Source: Octopus vulgaris
Lineage: Eukaryota
DNA length: 64,000 nucleotides
Assembly (NCBI GenBank): GCA_951406725.2
Contig: OX597822.1
Span: 48,298,001 to 48,362,000 of the forward strand
Reading direction: 5' to 3'
Positions 1 to 13,846 of this stretch are shown here, one piece after another; the first letter of the stretch is position 1; each line of letters opens with the position of its first letter. The notes under the pieces are model-generated. The model had not been told where the DNA came from, did not search any database, and was given only the letters and a program-made list of their open reading frames with translations. The translations under genes and the position numbers were made by a program.

Positions 1-576
1 GTAAGCGATAAAGTGTGTGTGTGTGAGTGTGCGTGGGTGTGTGTCTGTGTGTGTGACGGTATATGTTTGATCGTCTGCGTTTCTGTGTGTGTGTGTGTGT
101 GTCGCCTGTAAGTGGGACAATGTATATGTTTGTATGTGTGTGTGTGTGTGTGTGTACGATGGCCAGAGTGTATGTATTTCTGACGTGTAAGGGCGGTGAT
201 GAGGTGTGTTATGTATGTCTGTATGTTTGTGTATGTGATATAAGTTGTATGTTGTTGTACATACATATATACACACACATACATACACACACATACGTAT
301 ATACATACATACGTATATACATACATACATACATATATATATATACATACATACATACATACATACATACATACAAACATACATCATACATATACACACA
401 CACATATACATGCATGCTTGCGTACATATATCTGTGTGTGCGTGTGTGTTTTTGTTTATGTGTATGTGTGTGTAGCCACCGCTGTTTTCCTCTGTCCTAC
501 TGACCGCCTCTTTCTCTCTTTTTCTTTCTCCCTCTCTCCGTCTCTCTCTCTCCCTCACTCTATATGTACATATATA

Positions 577-634
<58 letters not shown>

Positions 635-1276
635 CATACATATATATATACTTATGTATATGTGTACATATATATACATATATATATGTGTGTATATATA
701 TATATATATGTATATATACATACATATATATATATATATATACATATATATGACACACAAGCACACATATATATGTATGAAATATATGTATGTATATATA
801 TATATATATACACACACATACAAAAACACTCACACACACACATGTATGTGTATGTGTGAGGAAGAGCGAGGCCTTATATGTATATAGTAAAGATATGTCA
901 ACTAAATATATATACATACATATATTTACGCATATATAAGTATGTGTCTATACACACACATATTTATATAATACATGTATGTGTATAAACGTGTGCATGT
1001 GTGTGTTTGTGTGTGCACGCGTATATGTGTTTGTGCTTGCGCGTGTGTGTGTGTAAAGGTGGTGTTTATGATCTCCAATGAATGTCGGCAATAGATGAAA
1101 GGGTAGGAAGGTCGGGTCAGTTACGTTGCCTAATGAGCTGGCTTGCTACTTGAACCATATTCCGGCAGAACGGAACCTCCTGCTGGTCAGTGTTGTCGGG
1201 GAGAGGGTGCTGGGCACTGAGACAACACACGTTTCGCCGTTCCAACCTATACGTAAAATTACCTGCACACACACAC

Positions 1277-1359
<83 letters not shown>

Positions 1360-1374
1360 TGCAGGCCTAAAAGT

Positions 1375-1552
1375 AGTACTCCGTCGATTGCGACGAGGAG
1401 CATTCCAGTTGATCCGATCAAAGGAACGGCTTGCTCGTGAAATTAACGTGCAAGTGGCCGAGCATTCCACAGATACGTGTGTCCTAAACATAGTTCTCAG
1501 GGAGAATCAGCGTGACACAGAGTGTGACAAGGCTGGCCTTTTTCAATTACAC
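1375..1552 (-). mobile_element. SINE family 2, 3' fragment
   Basis: actccgtcg...gacgagg..ttccagttgatccgatcaa.ggaac...ctcgtgaaattaacgt matches 2635-2790 closely. Confidence 0.75.
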
Positions 1553-1566
1553 AATGTGTGTGTGTG

Positions 1567-1636
<70 letters not shown>

Positions 1637-1639
<3 letters not shown>

Positions 1640-1892
1640 TTTAAGAATAAATGTTTTATATATAAAGAACGTGAAATACAGGAAGGGACAAACACAGAAC
1701 ACAGACAAATCATTCGAAGCCTTCAATCTTCAGTCAGACACCGAATCATCATAGCAAATTTCGGCTGTTCAATTCTGATATTTGCTCCAACTCGGCCAGC
1801 CCCAAGAAAAAAAACTAAGCTGTAAGCATTAGATTTCTTGGTAGAAGACAAGAATGTAAACGCACGAGACGGATGTAAATACGAAGGCGAAA
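1637..1892 (-). mobile_element. (TA)n-embedded module, family H, with permuted hammerhead-like core
   Basis: Reverse complement aligns with 9511-9815, 9917-10050 and 51575-51700 (cagccGAAAtt...tgaCTGAAGA); flanked by TA runs. Confidence 0.65.
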
Positions 1893-1924
1893 TATATATA
1901 TATACACATAAATTATATATACAC

Positions 1925-2057
1925 GACAGGCTTCTTCCAGTTCCCGCCTGCCAAATCCACTCCCAAGGTTTTGGTCGGCCTGAGGCTAGAGTAGAAGACA
2001 CTTGCCCAAGGTGCCACGCAGTGGGTCTGAGCCCGGAAACCATGTGGTTGGGAAGCA
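1925..2057 (-). mobile_element. SINE family 1, 5' half
   Basis: ccaaatccactc..aagg..ttggtcggcc.gaggcta.agtagaagacacttgcccaaggtgccacgcagtggg, shared with 22671-23031, 39134-39497 and 50830-51231. Confidence 0.8.
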
Positions 2058-2421
2058 GATCCTTAAGACATGTGCGGCTCAGCGGAAGTTGTGCTTCCAT
2101 TGTTCCCGATTACCTCTTTTACTCCCCTCCATTCTCGCATTTCCCACCTCGTTTCCGATATGATTCCACAATGATATTCCAAGCATGGATATTTCCATAA
2201 ACCTCTGTGACGGAGAAGGATCGAAGCTCAATGATGATTAGAGTAGTCAACGCTAATCGAAAAGGTATATGTCAAAGGTATTCCACCCATGCCCATCCTT
2301 TTTTTTTCCTATGAGGATGGAACTAAGTTCACATTAAAGACGATTTAGTGTGAGTTGTGAGTTTTGGGGGGAATTTGACTGCTATTTCTACCAGGTCGGG
2401 TGACCAGGTTATAGTTTAAAG

Positions 2422-3102
2422 CAGTGGTTCTCAACCAGAGTCTATATAAGATTTTTGGGGTTCCACACAAGAAAGTAGTGAACTGGGGATCCACAACAGA
2501 ATTTTAAAGGCTCTTGAAAAAATTTCTTTTGAGTGTATGTATTGGTATGTATTGCAAGAAACAAGTTTTTTTCTCAACCATCTTACATAGATCAACCTAC
2601 AAATTAATGTGTGAAAGCATTAATAAATCGTAGCACTCCGTCGGTTAATGCGACGAGGGTTCCAGTTGATCCGATCAACGGAACAGCCTGCTCGTGAAAT
2701 TAACGTTCAAGTGGCTGAGCACTCCATAGACACATGTACCCTTAACGTAGTTCTTGGGGAGATTCACAGAGCGTGTGACAAGGCTGGCCCCTTTGAAATA
2801 CTGATACAATAGAAACAGGAAGAAAGAGTGAGAGAAAGTTGTGGTGAAAGAGTACAGCAGGGTTCGCCACCACCTCCTCGTGGAGCTTTTAGGTGTTTTC
2901 GCTCAGACCCACTGCCTGGGAATCGAAACTGCGATCCTACGACTGCGAGTCCGCTGTTCTAACCACTGGGCCATTGCGCCTCCACGTTAATAAATAACAT
3001 TCTATAAAACAAGTTTTTAAACATCGAATGGCTATGGGGTCCCCAGAATAAAATAGTAATCAAAGGAATCCTGAGATAAAAAAAAAGAGCCGAAAACCCC
3101 TG
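2422..3102. mobile_element. hAT-type MITE containing a nested SINE
   Basis: Left TIR cagtggttctcaacc, right end ...gaaaacccctg; 8-bp flanks gtttaaag/gtttagag are consistent with a hAT TSD. Confidence 0.7.
2629..2986 (-). mobile_element. SINE family 2, near full length, tRNA-derived head
   Basis: Minus-strand head gtggaggcgcaatggcccagtggttag...gtttcgattccc (A/B boxes); 9-bp TSD ttaataaat at 2620-2628 and 2987-2995. Confidence 0.8.
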
Positions 3103-3513
3103 GTTTAGAGCAAAGTCAACACTGATCAAGAAAACTTTATATCAAAGGCATTCTGGCCATGACAATCCCGTCATTTTCACATGTGCAGGAAACCGAAGTT
3201 CACATCCTTGACAACAGCGTGTGAATTGGAGGAAATTTGGCTGCTATTTTTTGTAAATAGGCTGACGAGATAGGGGCTTTCTTAGCGGGTCATTAAGATT
3301 TGTGGAAGGACATCGCGATGTTTAAGGCGTGTGTGGGAATTTGGAATGGCATGAACTGAAATGACCTAAGAACGGGATGGACGGTGGTGGTGATATTCGG
3401 TGGTGAGAAACCAGTACAGATTTGAGACGTTTACTAAAGAAAAAACAAAACAAAACCCAAAATTCAACCCACAGAAACATTCGTGAATATCACAAGATTT
3501 ATAGAAAAACAAG

Positions 3514-3593
<80 letters not shown>

Positions 3594-3936
3594 GTCAAGA
3601 CACAAAAACATAAATACACAATAGAGAAAAGAAGAGCGTAACATTTGTGAAATACGTGGGGAAAAATTGATTATGGAAGTATTTTTCACAAAGCACAAAT
3701 TATTACGCGCTGAAGCAAAACCGTTTCACTGTTAAATGTGTGGGAAGTTTTTCGTGAAAAACTCCTGAATCTGTTGTTAAGCAAGAGGAAGGAAAGATCT
3801 ATCCCTTAAATAATCTTAATACTGAAGAAAACAATATTGACTGACGGCATCACGCAAACATACACAAATACACACACATACACACACGCACACACACACA
3901 CATATATATATACGTACATAAATACATACTTACATA

Positions 3937-4092
3937 TTCTTTTATTTGTTTCAGTCATTTGACTGCGGCCATGATGGAGCACTGCTTTTAGTCGAGCAAA
4001 TCGACCTCAGGACTTATTCTTTGTAAGCATAGTACTTATGCAATCGGTCGCTTTACCCGAACCACTAAGTACTGGAACGTAAACACACCACG

Positions 4093-4095
<3 letters not shown>
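3937..4095 (-). mobile_element. SINE family 1, 3' part
   Basis: ttgtttcagtcatttgactgcggccatg.tggagcac tail. Confidence 0.75.
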
Positions 4096-4147
<52 letters not shown>

Positions 4148-4668
4148 AAGCATAAATTCTGTGCTGGATCTTTTCGACAAAAGCTCCTTCGGTGCACTGC
4201 CCCAGCATGGCCGCAGTCCAAACAAAAGCAAGTAAAAGAAACAAAAAAAAAATTAAAAGATATACCACAGCAACTGCATAACACAACAACAGAAACAACT
4301 AGAACGCCAACAATAACAGTAACAACAACAAGAAACTAAACAATACTCGTGAAAGTATAAACACTACAACCGCCATCACCACGACGGTCGGTATGGCCAC
4401 CACCAACGATGGATCCATCACCACCACCACCACCACCCCATCACCACCCTCATCACCAATACCACCACCACCACCACCACCACCACCATCAACACCACCA
4501 CCACCACCACCACCACCACCACCTATATCATCATCTCTTACAACATTGCACTCTCTCTCTCTCTCTCCCTCTCTCTCAGAACATGAAACGGTAGTAAGAA
4601 AGCCATATGCTTGTCGGTGCCATTACCATTTTCTTGGGAATGGGTTTTATGGCTAAACACAAGGCTGG

Positions 4669-4715
<47 letters not shown>

Positions 4716-4751
4716 ATATATACATAGAAACATAAAAACATACATACATAC

Positions 4752-4796
<45 letters not shown>

Positions 4797-5688
4797 ATAT
4801 ATATATGTATATATATATATACATATATATGTGTATATATATATATGTATATATATGTATATACATATATATACGTATATATATACATATATATATCGAG
4901 AGAGAGGGAGAGGAAGAGAGAAAAAGAGGGAGTGAAAGAGAGAGAAAGTGAGAGTGAATTACATGGATATAAATGTGTCTGTATGTATATATTTATCTAT
5001 TTATCTTTCTATCCATGTATGTGTATTCGCGCTTTTGTGTATGTATGTGTGTGTACAGTATATATTATATTTCTATATGTGTCCCACACACACACACACA
5101 TCACATATACACAAAGTGTATGTATGTATGTTCGTATGTATGCATGTGTGTGTGTGTGTGTGCGTGTGTGTGTGTATCAGACACAAATACAGACGACGGA
5201 CGACAAATGTTTTCTTAAAGTGAGTGTAATCATTATTCCTTCCAAAATTAGCCTCACCCTCAACCCCCCACCACTACACCACACACACATCACGTAAAAA
5301 TACCTTTTACATTTCAGTAGCAGTTGTTTGTGTTGTTGTTGATGTTGTTGGTGTGGTTTTTAAAAGTGTTCTGTGATGAGCTTTTAGTCGCTCAGTCTCC
5401 CTGGCAGACATGTTTTGTCTACATCCAAGCAACACGTCTGTTAAAACATTTTTCGCGGGCAAAATCAAAATTGCTTGTCAAATGCGATGAACGAATCTGA
5501 TACTAAATCTTGGCCGACGTATTTGTATATGTATATATGTACATTTGTGTGTGTGCGTGTGTGTATGCGCGTGTGTGTGTGTGTGTTTGTGTGTGCGTGT
5601 GTGTTTGTGTGTGATGTGTGTGTGTGTGTGTACAGAAATAAACACATATAAACACACTCACGCACATCAATGCATACACACACGTATT

Positions 5689-5821
<133 letters not shown>

Positions 5822-5957
5822 TATGTTATATATATATGTGTGTGTGTGCGTGCGTATGTGCTAGTGTGTGTGCGAGTGTGTGTATGTTGTATGTTTGTGT
5901 ATATTATACATATATATATTTACATATGTGTGTGTGTATATACGCACACGCATATAT

Positions 5958-6038
<81 letters not shown>

Positions 6039-6329
6039 TAAATATGTAAACGTGTGTATGTGGGTGTGTATTTGTCAGCGTTTTAACGTCCACTTTTTCA
6101 TGCTCACATGGGTGAGACGAAATTCACTGAGGCAGATTTTCTGAGGGTTGTGTTTCCTCACCTATTTCCAAGCAAGATTTCTCCATTCTGATGGAACCCA
6201 TTTGTTCCTCCTCTCCTTTGAGAAGGATAGCTCTAAAGGAATGTAAGAATGAAGATATGAGAGTGAAAGAACATCAGAATACATCATTCACTGTAAGAAT
6301 GGAAGAATCTTCGTATAAGAGGTTTTGAA

Positions 6330-6780
6330 ATGAACGTCGGATTCAGAACGAGACGATTTGGCACCGCTCCTCAGACGCTGATGATTTGGCACGGCTGAGT
6401 GGACAATCAGCGTGTTTTGGTGACAATACTTTCTGGTTCTGGAGGCAAACACACATACCAAAATGCGTGAAGAAGTATACACGTACAAATAGAAAGAGTG
6501 AGAAAGAGATAGGGAGAGATAGAGAGAGAGACATAATTTATCAATTGAACACAATGGGCATAAAGTTTTTCTTTCCTAATATATTCACGTACATAAACTG
6601 AGTGAGAGAGAGGGAGGGGGAGAAAGAGAGGGGGTAGATGAAGAGAGAAGAAGAGAGTAAAAGAGTGAGTGAGAGAACGAGAAAGGTATTAAATCCCCTA
6701 ATGTCAAATAAGTCAACGTCGAATCAGCGACGCCAAATAGGTGGCGTCAAACGTCGTTGTCAAAACGTCTCTCGCCATGT
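6330..6780. mobile_element. Putative non-autonomous DNA element with gatttggc subterminal motifs
   Basis: Left gacgatttggcacc/gatgatttggcacg; right inverted gacgccaaat/cgtcaaacgtc; related sequence at 37150-37230. Confidence 0.4.
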
Positions 6781-6994
6781 AGGATTCTAAATGTTTCTGT
6801 ATAAGAATTTCAGAATATATAATTCTCTCCTTAAATATGTTGACAACTGAGAGTTACTATAAGAACGTACGAATCGATGTGATATATTATTGGATATTTC
6901 AAACACAGAAATGATTTCAAAAGGTAGAGGAGAAAGCAAGATTTTCGGAAGTGAAATAGAGTAAGCGTTTGGAAAGTGAGGCACAACAAGGATT

Positions 6995-7106
6995 TGGAAA
7001 GTTTTCTACAATAAACTCGGGCCGACCACAACCGTGTGAGTGGATATCGGAGACGGAAACTGAAAGAAGCCAATCGTTCGTGTATGTATATACATACATA
7101 CATACG

Positions 7107-7168
<62 letters not shown>

Positions 7169-7582
7169 CATATATATATGTATATACATACACACACGCA
7201 CACACACATACACACATGTATATATATATATATATAGTTCCGGGTTCAGTCACACTACGTGGCTAACAAAGAATATGTCCTGGCGTCGATTTGTTCGACT
7301 AAAGGCGGTACTCCAGCATGGCCGCAGTTAAATGACTGAAACAAGTAAAAGAATATATATATATATACAGAATATGATAGTTTAGTTCACTGGTGATCTA
7401 AACTGGTGTTAGTGTATTAACGTCCTTATAACTAGCGGTTCGGCAAAAGAGTAACGATAAAATAAGTACCAGGGTTTAAAAAAAACAAAAAAGTGGTGGA
7501 GTTTATGTGTTTGATCGAAACCCTTCAAGACAATGCTCCAGCATGGCCACGGTTTAATGACTGATGCAAGTAAAAGATAAAA
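6995..7582 (+). mobile_element. Two partial SINE family 1 copies
   Basis: gacggaaactgaaagaagcc, plus two tails ctccagcatggcc.c.gtt.aatgactga.acaagtaaaaga. Confidence 0.7.
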
Positions 7583-8688
7583 GGCAAAAGAAAGATATGA
7601 ATGTGTGTGTGTCTGCGTATGTACGTATCTGTTTGTGTGTGTATGTGTGTGGTCCACGTCGTTAGCAGTATTTTTTTCTTAAAATCTCAGGGTTTTACAA
7701 AACCCAAAACCCTTTTATCATATTTTTTCTCTCGCCATCTTTCCCACTTTTTTTCTTTCTTAATATTTCCATTTTTCTTTGTTTTCTTTATTATTTTTTC
7801 ATCCTTTCTAACGACTTTCTTCTTCTTCTTCTTCTTCTTCTTCTTCTTCTTCTTCTTCTTCTTCTTCTTCTTCTTCTTCTTCTTCTTCTTCTTCTTCTTC
7901 ACCTCCACCTCTTCTCCCTCGTCGTCATTATCATCACCGTAGCCTCCACCCGCAATGCAAGCATCATCGCTGTTACCCTTTATCCTCCTCCTCCCCCTTC
8001 CCTCCCCTCCTCCTCCTCACCACCACCACCACTAACACCAACACTATCACGACTACCACCATCATCATCACCGTAATCATCGTTATCTTTGTCATCAGTA
8101 TCATCATCGTCATCATCGTCATCGTCATCGTCATGATGATGATGATGATGATGATGATGATCGTCATCATCATCATCAATAACATGCATCATCGCTACCC
8201 AGATCCCAAATACCACCACCACAACTACAACCACCACCACCACAACCACCACCACCACCATTGTCATCATGAATCAATCATCAACATCGTCACCCTCACC
8301 ATCATCAATCTTCTTTAAAATGATATTCTCTGAATTACTTTATTTTCTTACTTATGAAAACAACGCCACCTGGTGAATACTGTCACGTTGTCAAAATGGA
8401 CGTGTTAGCGTTAAATTTTAAAATGTTAAAAACGGTAAATCCCCGCCCACATGGCTCGTTAAAGAACGATTTGTTGTGTATGAAGGGACCCTTGGGGAGT
8501 TGAAGATATGGAAAAGTTGAAGAATTTAATCTGGAAATGTCGTCATATGTCGAATAGAAACTGAGAGAGGACGTTTTTTATTTGGTGCCGTATTTAAACT
8601 ACAACTTAACTACAACTTATAAAAAACGAGCTACAGAGTATAGACATGGATACATCGTATGTGCGCGCGTTCACACACATAAATACAA

Positions 8689-8762
<74 letters not shown>

Positions 8763-8771
8763 CCTACCTAC

Positions 8772-8856
<85 letters not shown>

Positions 8857-8887
8857 CATCTATCTATACATATATATAAATAAATAA

Positions 8888-8930
<43 letters not shown>

Positions 8931-8933
<3 letters not shown>

Positions 8934-9286
8934 TAAGTAATTAAGGGTTTAGCAACGAATTGCCTCACCAACACACCGAATTTAGAAATAGCAGTCAAAG
9001 AGATATAGCTATTCCTTCTACTAAAAGGGGATCTCAGTAAAAACACAGCACTTGAAAGGCAAAGTGCTGTGTTTTTACTGAGATCCCCCTTTAGTAGAAG
9101 GAATAGCTATATCTCTTTGACTGCTATTTCTAAATTCGGTGTGTTGGTGAGGCAATTCGTTGCTAAACCCTTAATTACTTAGTATTACTTAAATTTTCCT
9201 CGAATGGGGCTTTTACATGCCGAAATCTACTTGGTGTAATTGATAATTATCCCTAATTAATTAATTTCACCCTTTATTATTACTGA

Positions 9287-9290
<4 letters not shown>
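8931..9290. repeat. ~120-bp-arm near-perfect palindrome in a Penelope-3'-UTR-related module
   Basis: 8931-9052 is the reverse complement of 9061-9184; homologous to 62750-62950; TA runs on both sides. Confidence 0.85.
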
Positions 9291-9326
<36 letters not shown>

Positions 9327-9466
9327 CATGCATATATATATATGTACATATACACACACACACACATATATATATATACATACATTTAACATACCTATAT
9401 ACATATGTGTGTAAATGCATATTCATGCAAGAGTACTTACGCACACACAGACACTTACATACACAC

Positions 9467-10117
<651 letters not shown>

Positions 10118-10195
10118 TTAAAATGATATCTTTTTTTTTCGGCGACACCCCAGTATGGCCCTAGCTTTTAGACCAAAACACGTAAAAGAATAAAA

Positions 10196-10276
<81 letters not shown>

Positions 10277-10278
<2 letters not shown>

Positions 10279-10418
10279 CGCAGGCGTGGCAGTGTGGTAA
10301 GTAGCTTGCTTACCAACCACATGATCCGGGTTCAGTCCCACTGCGAGATACCTTGGGCAAGTATCTTCTACTAAAGCCTTGTAAGTGGATTTGGTAGACG
10401 GAAACTGAAAGAAGCCCG

Positions 10419-10482
<64 letters not shown>

Positions 10483-10720
10483 CTAATGTGTCCTTCAAAT
10501 TTAATTAAATTTTATGTTTTTGTGCAGCTGGAGATTGCTCTACATTTCAAATTGATGTAATGATTGCATTGTTCAATTAAAAGGAGTCGCATGACACGAT
10601 CGTACTTCTGGATATCCTTGTTGCTTATTTTGATTTTGATCACCTTATTTTAAATTGTATGGATAATACCATACTAAATTCTGGTGCCTCAACTTCAGTA
10701 CCATATTCATCTGAATCTAA

Positions 10721-10768
<48 letters not shown>

Positions 10769-11006
10769 GTGTGTGTGTATGTATGTATGTATGTGTGTGT
10801 ATGTGTGTGTTTGTGTGTCGGCGTTGTCCCTCAAACATCGCTTCACAACCGATGCTGGTGTGTTTACGCCCCCGTACTTAGCGGTTCAGCAAGGAGACCG
10901 ATAGAATAAGTACTAGGCTTGCAAAGAATAAATTCTGAGGTCGATTTCTTCGACTAAAGGTGGTGCTCCAGTTTGGCTGCAGTCAAATGACTGAAACAAG
11001 TAAAAG
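10277..11006 (+). mobile_element. Full-length SINE family 1 split by an insertion (10481-10720)
   Basis: Head ggcgcaggcgtggcagtgtggtaag...gggttcagtccc; tail gactgaaacaagtaaaaga; the insert is an inverted homolog of 16080-16245. Confidence 0.8.
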
Positions 11007-11064
11007 ATTATATGTTATTTACATTATTTACATTTGATGGATGTTTGTCCTCATCTTGTCTGTT

Positions 11065-11161
<97 letters not shown>

Positions 11162-11229
11162 GTAACAACAACAACAACAACATCGAAAGGCACTTTAGGA
11201 ATGAGAACCCAGGTTCGAAATTTCTCCAA

Positions 11230-11275
11230 GACACCTGATGAAGGCTAAAGGGTATATCAGTCGAAACATTGTGTT
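11230..11275 (+). ncRNA. Minimal type I hammerhead ribozyme motif (decayed)
   Basis: gacac CTGATGA a ggct..agtc GAAAC at t gtgtt; stem I gacac/gtgtt; G16.2 is replaced by A. Confidence 0.6.
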
Positions 11276-11363
11276 AACAACAAACAAGATGAGGACAAAT
11301 ATCCGTCAAATGTAAATAATATAAATAATGTAAATAACTCCTCATCTCTTAAATATAGAACTG

Positions 11364-11447
<84 letters not shown>

Positions 11448-11565
11448 TTGTATGTATATATATATATATATTTATAATTTGAAATTGTTTTATCGTTATT
11501 TTTATCAGAAGAGTATTGCTATATTATTATTTCTTAATTATGATATATATGTGTATGTGTGTATA

Positions 11566-11937
11566 TATGACGGGCTTCTACATAGTTTCCGTCTAACAAA
11601 TTCAGTCACAAGGCATTGATCAACCTGGGGCTATAGTTGAAGACGCATGTCCAAGGTAACGAACAGTGGAACTGAACCGGAAACCAAGTACGGCTATATA
11701 TATATACATAATCTTTTACTTGTTTCACACACGCGCACACACGCTTACACACCGCGCGCACACATATGTATATATACAATAACGTTCTGTCATTTTATGT
11801 CTACCAAATTAACTCACAAGATCTTGGTAGGCCTGACGCTGCAGTAGACACTTGCCCATGGTGCCAGGCAGTGTCACTGAACCCAGAACTATGTCGTTGG
11901 GAAGCAAATTTCGTACCAGACACCCACGCCTGCGCCT
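11566..11937 (-). mobile_element. Two degenerate SINE family 1 5' halves
   Basis: gacgggcttct...agtttccgtct, and gacacttgccca.ggtgcca...cctgcgcc. Confidence 0.65.
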
Positions 11938-12801
11938 ATCTATTCTATAAACATTTAGAATCGATTAATTTCTGTTTGTAGATGAAGCTATTGCTTTCAG
12001 ACGTTATTTATTTACATACTTATTTATTTTGAACCGGGAGTTGATTAATCGTTGTCTTTTCAAATGACTTTGAACCATATACTTAAGCCAGCCGATATAC
12101 CTTCACACAGAATTGGAGGACGCAGACGATCATTTCACCAGCGAAGCAAGTTGAGAAAAACTAATAAATAAATGAGTAAATAAAAGAAAATATATGCAAA
12201 AAATAGAAAACTAAAATAGAAATAAACAAAAACAAGCTCAACGACAACAACACTAAAACATGCAGAAGTTAGGTCTCTCTCTTTGTCTCTATCTTTTTCT
12301 CTCTGTATATGCGTGTGTGCATATATATGAATGTATGGCTGTATACAGCCATGTGCTACCTCTCACACACGTAGGCGCACACGTTGCAGATTTATACAGG
12401 TAAATATAGACAGAAAACGTCCACGTATACAAACTCCTCTTACAAATGTTTTGCTGTATATGGATGGTGGTTGAAGAAAGAAAGACACGAAAATAGAAAG
12501 GAAAATGAAATGGTTTGACAAAGAAAATATCAAGTAGGTGGCATCGTGTTTACTGTGGAGACAAGAGTAGTTGGTAGAGAAATTTGTCCAACATTGAAAC
12601 GAAGCTCGCCATGTTTATGTAGTACTCGAACGAGAAATGGCGTCATTGATTCGAGAAGAGCTTAGGTTGAAATACTTGAAAACATCTTCCATTTACTAAT
12701 TAATTTATGTGCTTTTTTATATGCGTTGTCAGCAACTGAAGTTGTCAGTAACTGGTTGTGGGTAGAAGCGTCAGTTGTGTATGAAAACACACTTGACTGT
12801 T

Positions 12802-12833
<32 letters not shown>

Positions 12834-13197
12834 TGTATGTATGTATGTATGTATGTATGTATGTATGTATGTACGTACGTACGTACGTACGTGCGTATGT
12901 ATGTATGTACGTATGGACGTATCTATGTATACATACACACATGTGATGGCAACGTTTTGCATATCGCTGGTTTTTATCTATTTTGTCCAGAGCCAGGAGC
13001 CAGCTCTTGTCGTCTGTTCGATAAATGATGAAAGCAGACGACACTTTCAAATTTCAGAAAATAAATAAATAAATAAATGTAAATAAATAAATAAATAAAT
13101 GTAGAACGTCGTTTTGTTCATATTAGTTTATTAGTTTCCATTGAATTATTTCTAGTGTAGAGATAATCATTTTTGCTTGTGATATTTTCTATTTTTT

Positions 13198-13364
13198 CTT
13201 TTGCTTGTTTCAATCATAAGACTGCGGCCATGCTGGGGTGCCACCTTGAAGAATTTTTAGATACTTATTCTATCGGTGTTTTTTTTGCCGAATCACTAAA
13301 TTGCGGGAATGTAAACACACCATCACCGGTTGTCAAGCGGTAAGTGAGGTATAAAGACACACAG

Positions 13365-13428
<64 letters not shown>

Positions 13429-13590
13429 ACACACACGTATATGTAGCCATCCGACAAGTGATGCAGGGTCCCTTCTCTGTGTTTACTTGTGCTGTTTTTA
13501 CGTATTTCATGTTGTTTGTCCAAAGTGCCGCGTGGGATTGAATCCGGATCTGTGTGGTTGGGAAGCAAACTTCTTACCAACGCAGCCATA
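13198..13590 (-). mobile_element. Degenerate SINE family 1
   Basis: Tail gactgcggccatgctggg; internal (CA)n; head tgtggttgggaagcaaacttcttacc. Confidence 0.6.
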
Positions 13591-13807
13591 TCCTTTTGTT
13601 AGTCATCGTCGATTGATCACCATCCGTTTTCTGGATCTTTCGTAGGTTATTCGACAATCGAATAACAATAACAAATGTTTTTCGATCAATTAAATTTCCA
13701 ACACATTCAATAAACTTGTAAGTGAATGAGTAACTCGTAGCCATGTGTGTCCTTAGCATAATTTTCAGGCTGATACAACAAGAGACAAAACCGAGCCTTT
13801 GAATTAT

Positions 13808-13846
<39 letters not shown>

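Noticed and set aside
2910-2986. tRNA-like sequence (also other SINE heads)
   Set aside because: Continues into a SINE body with a TSD; no intact acceptor stem.
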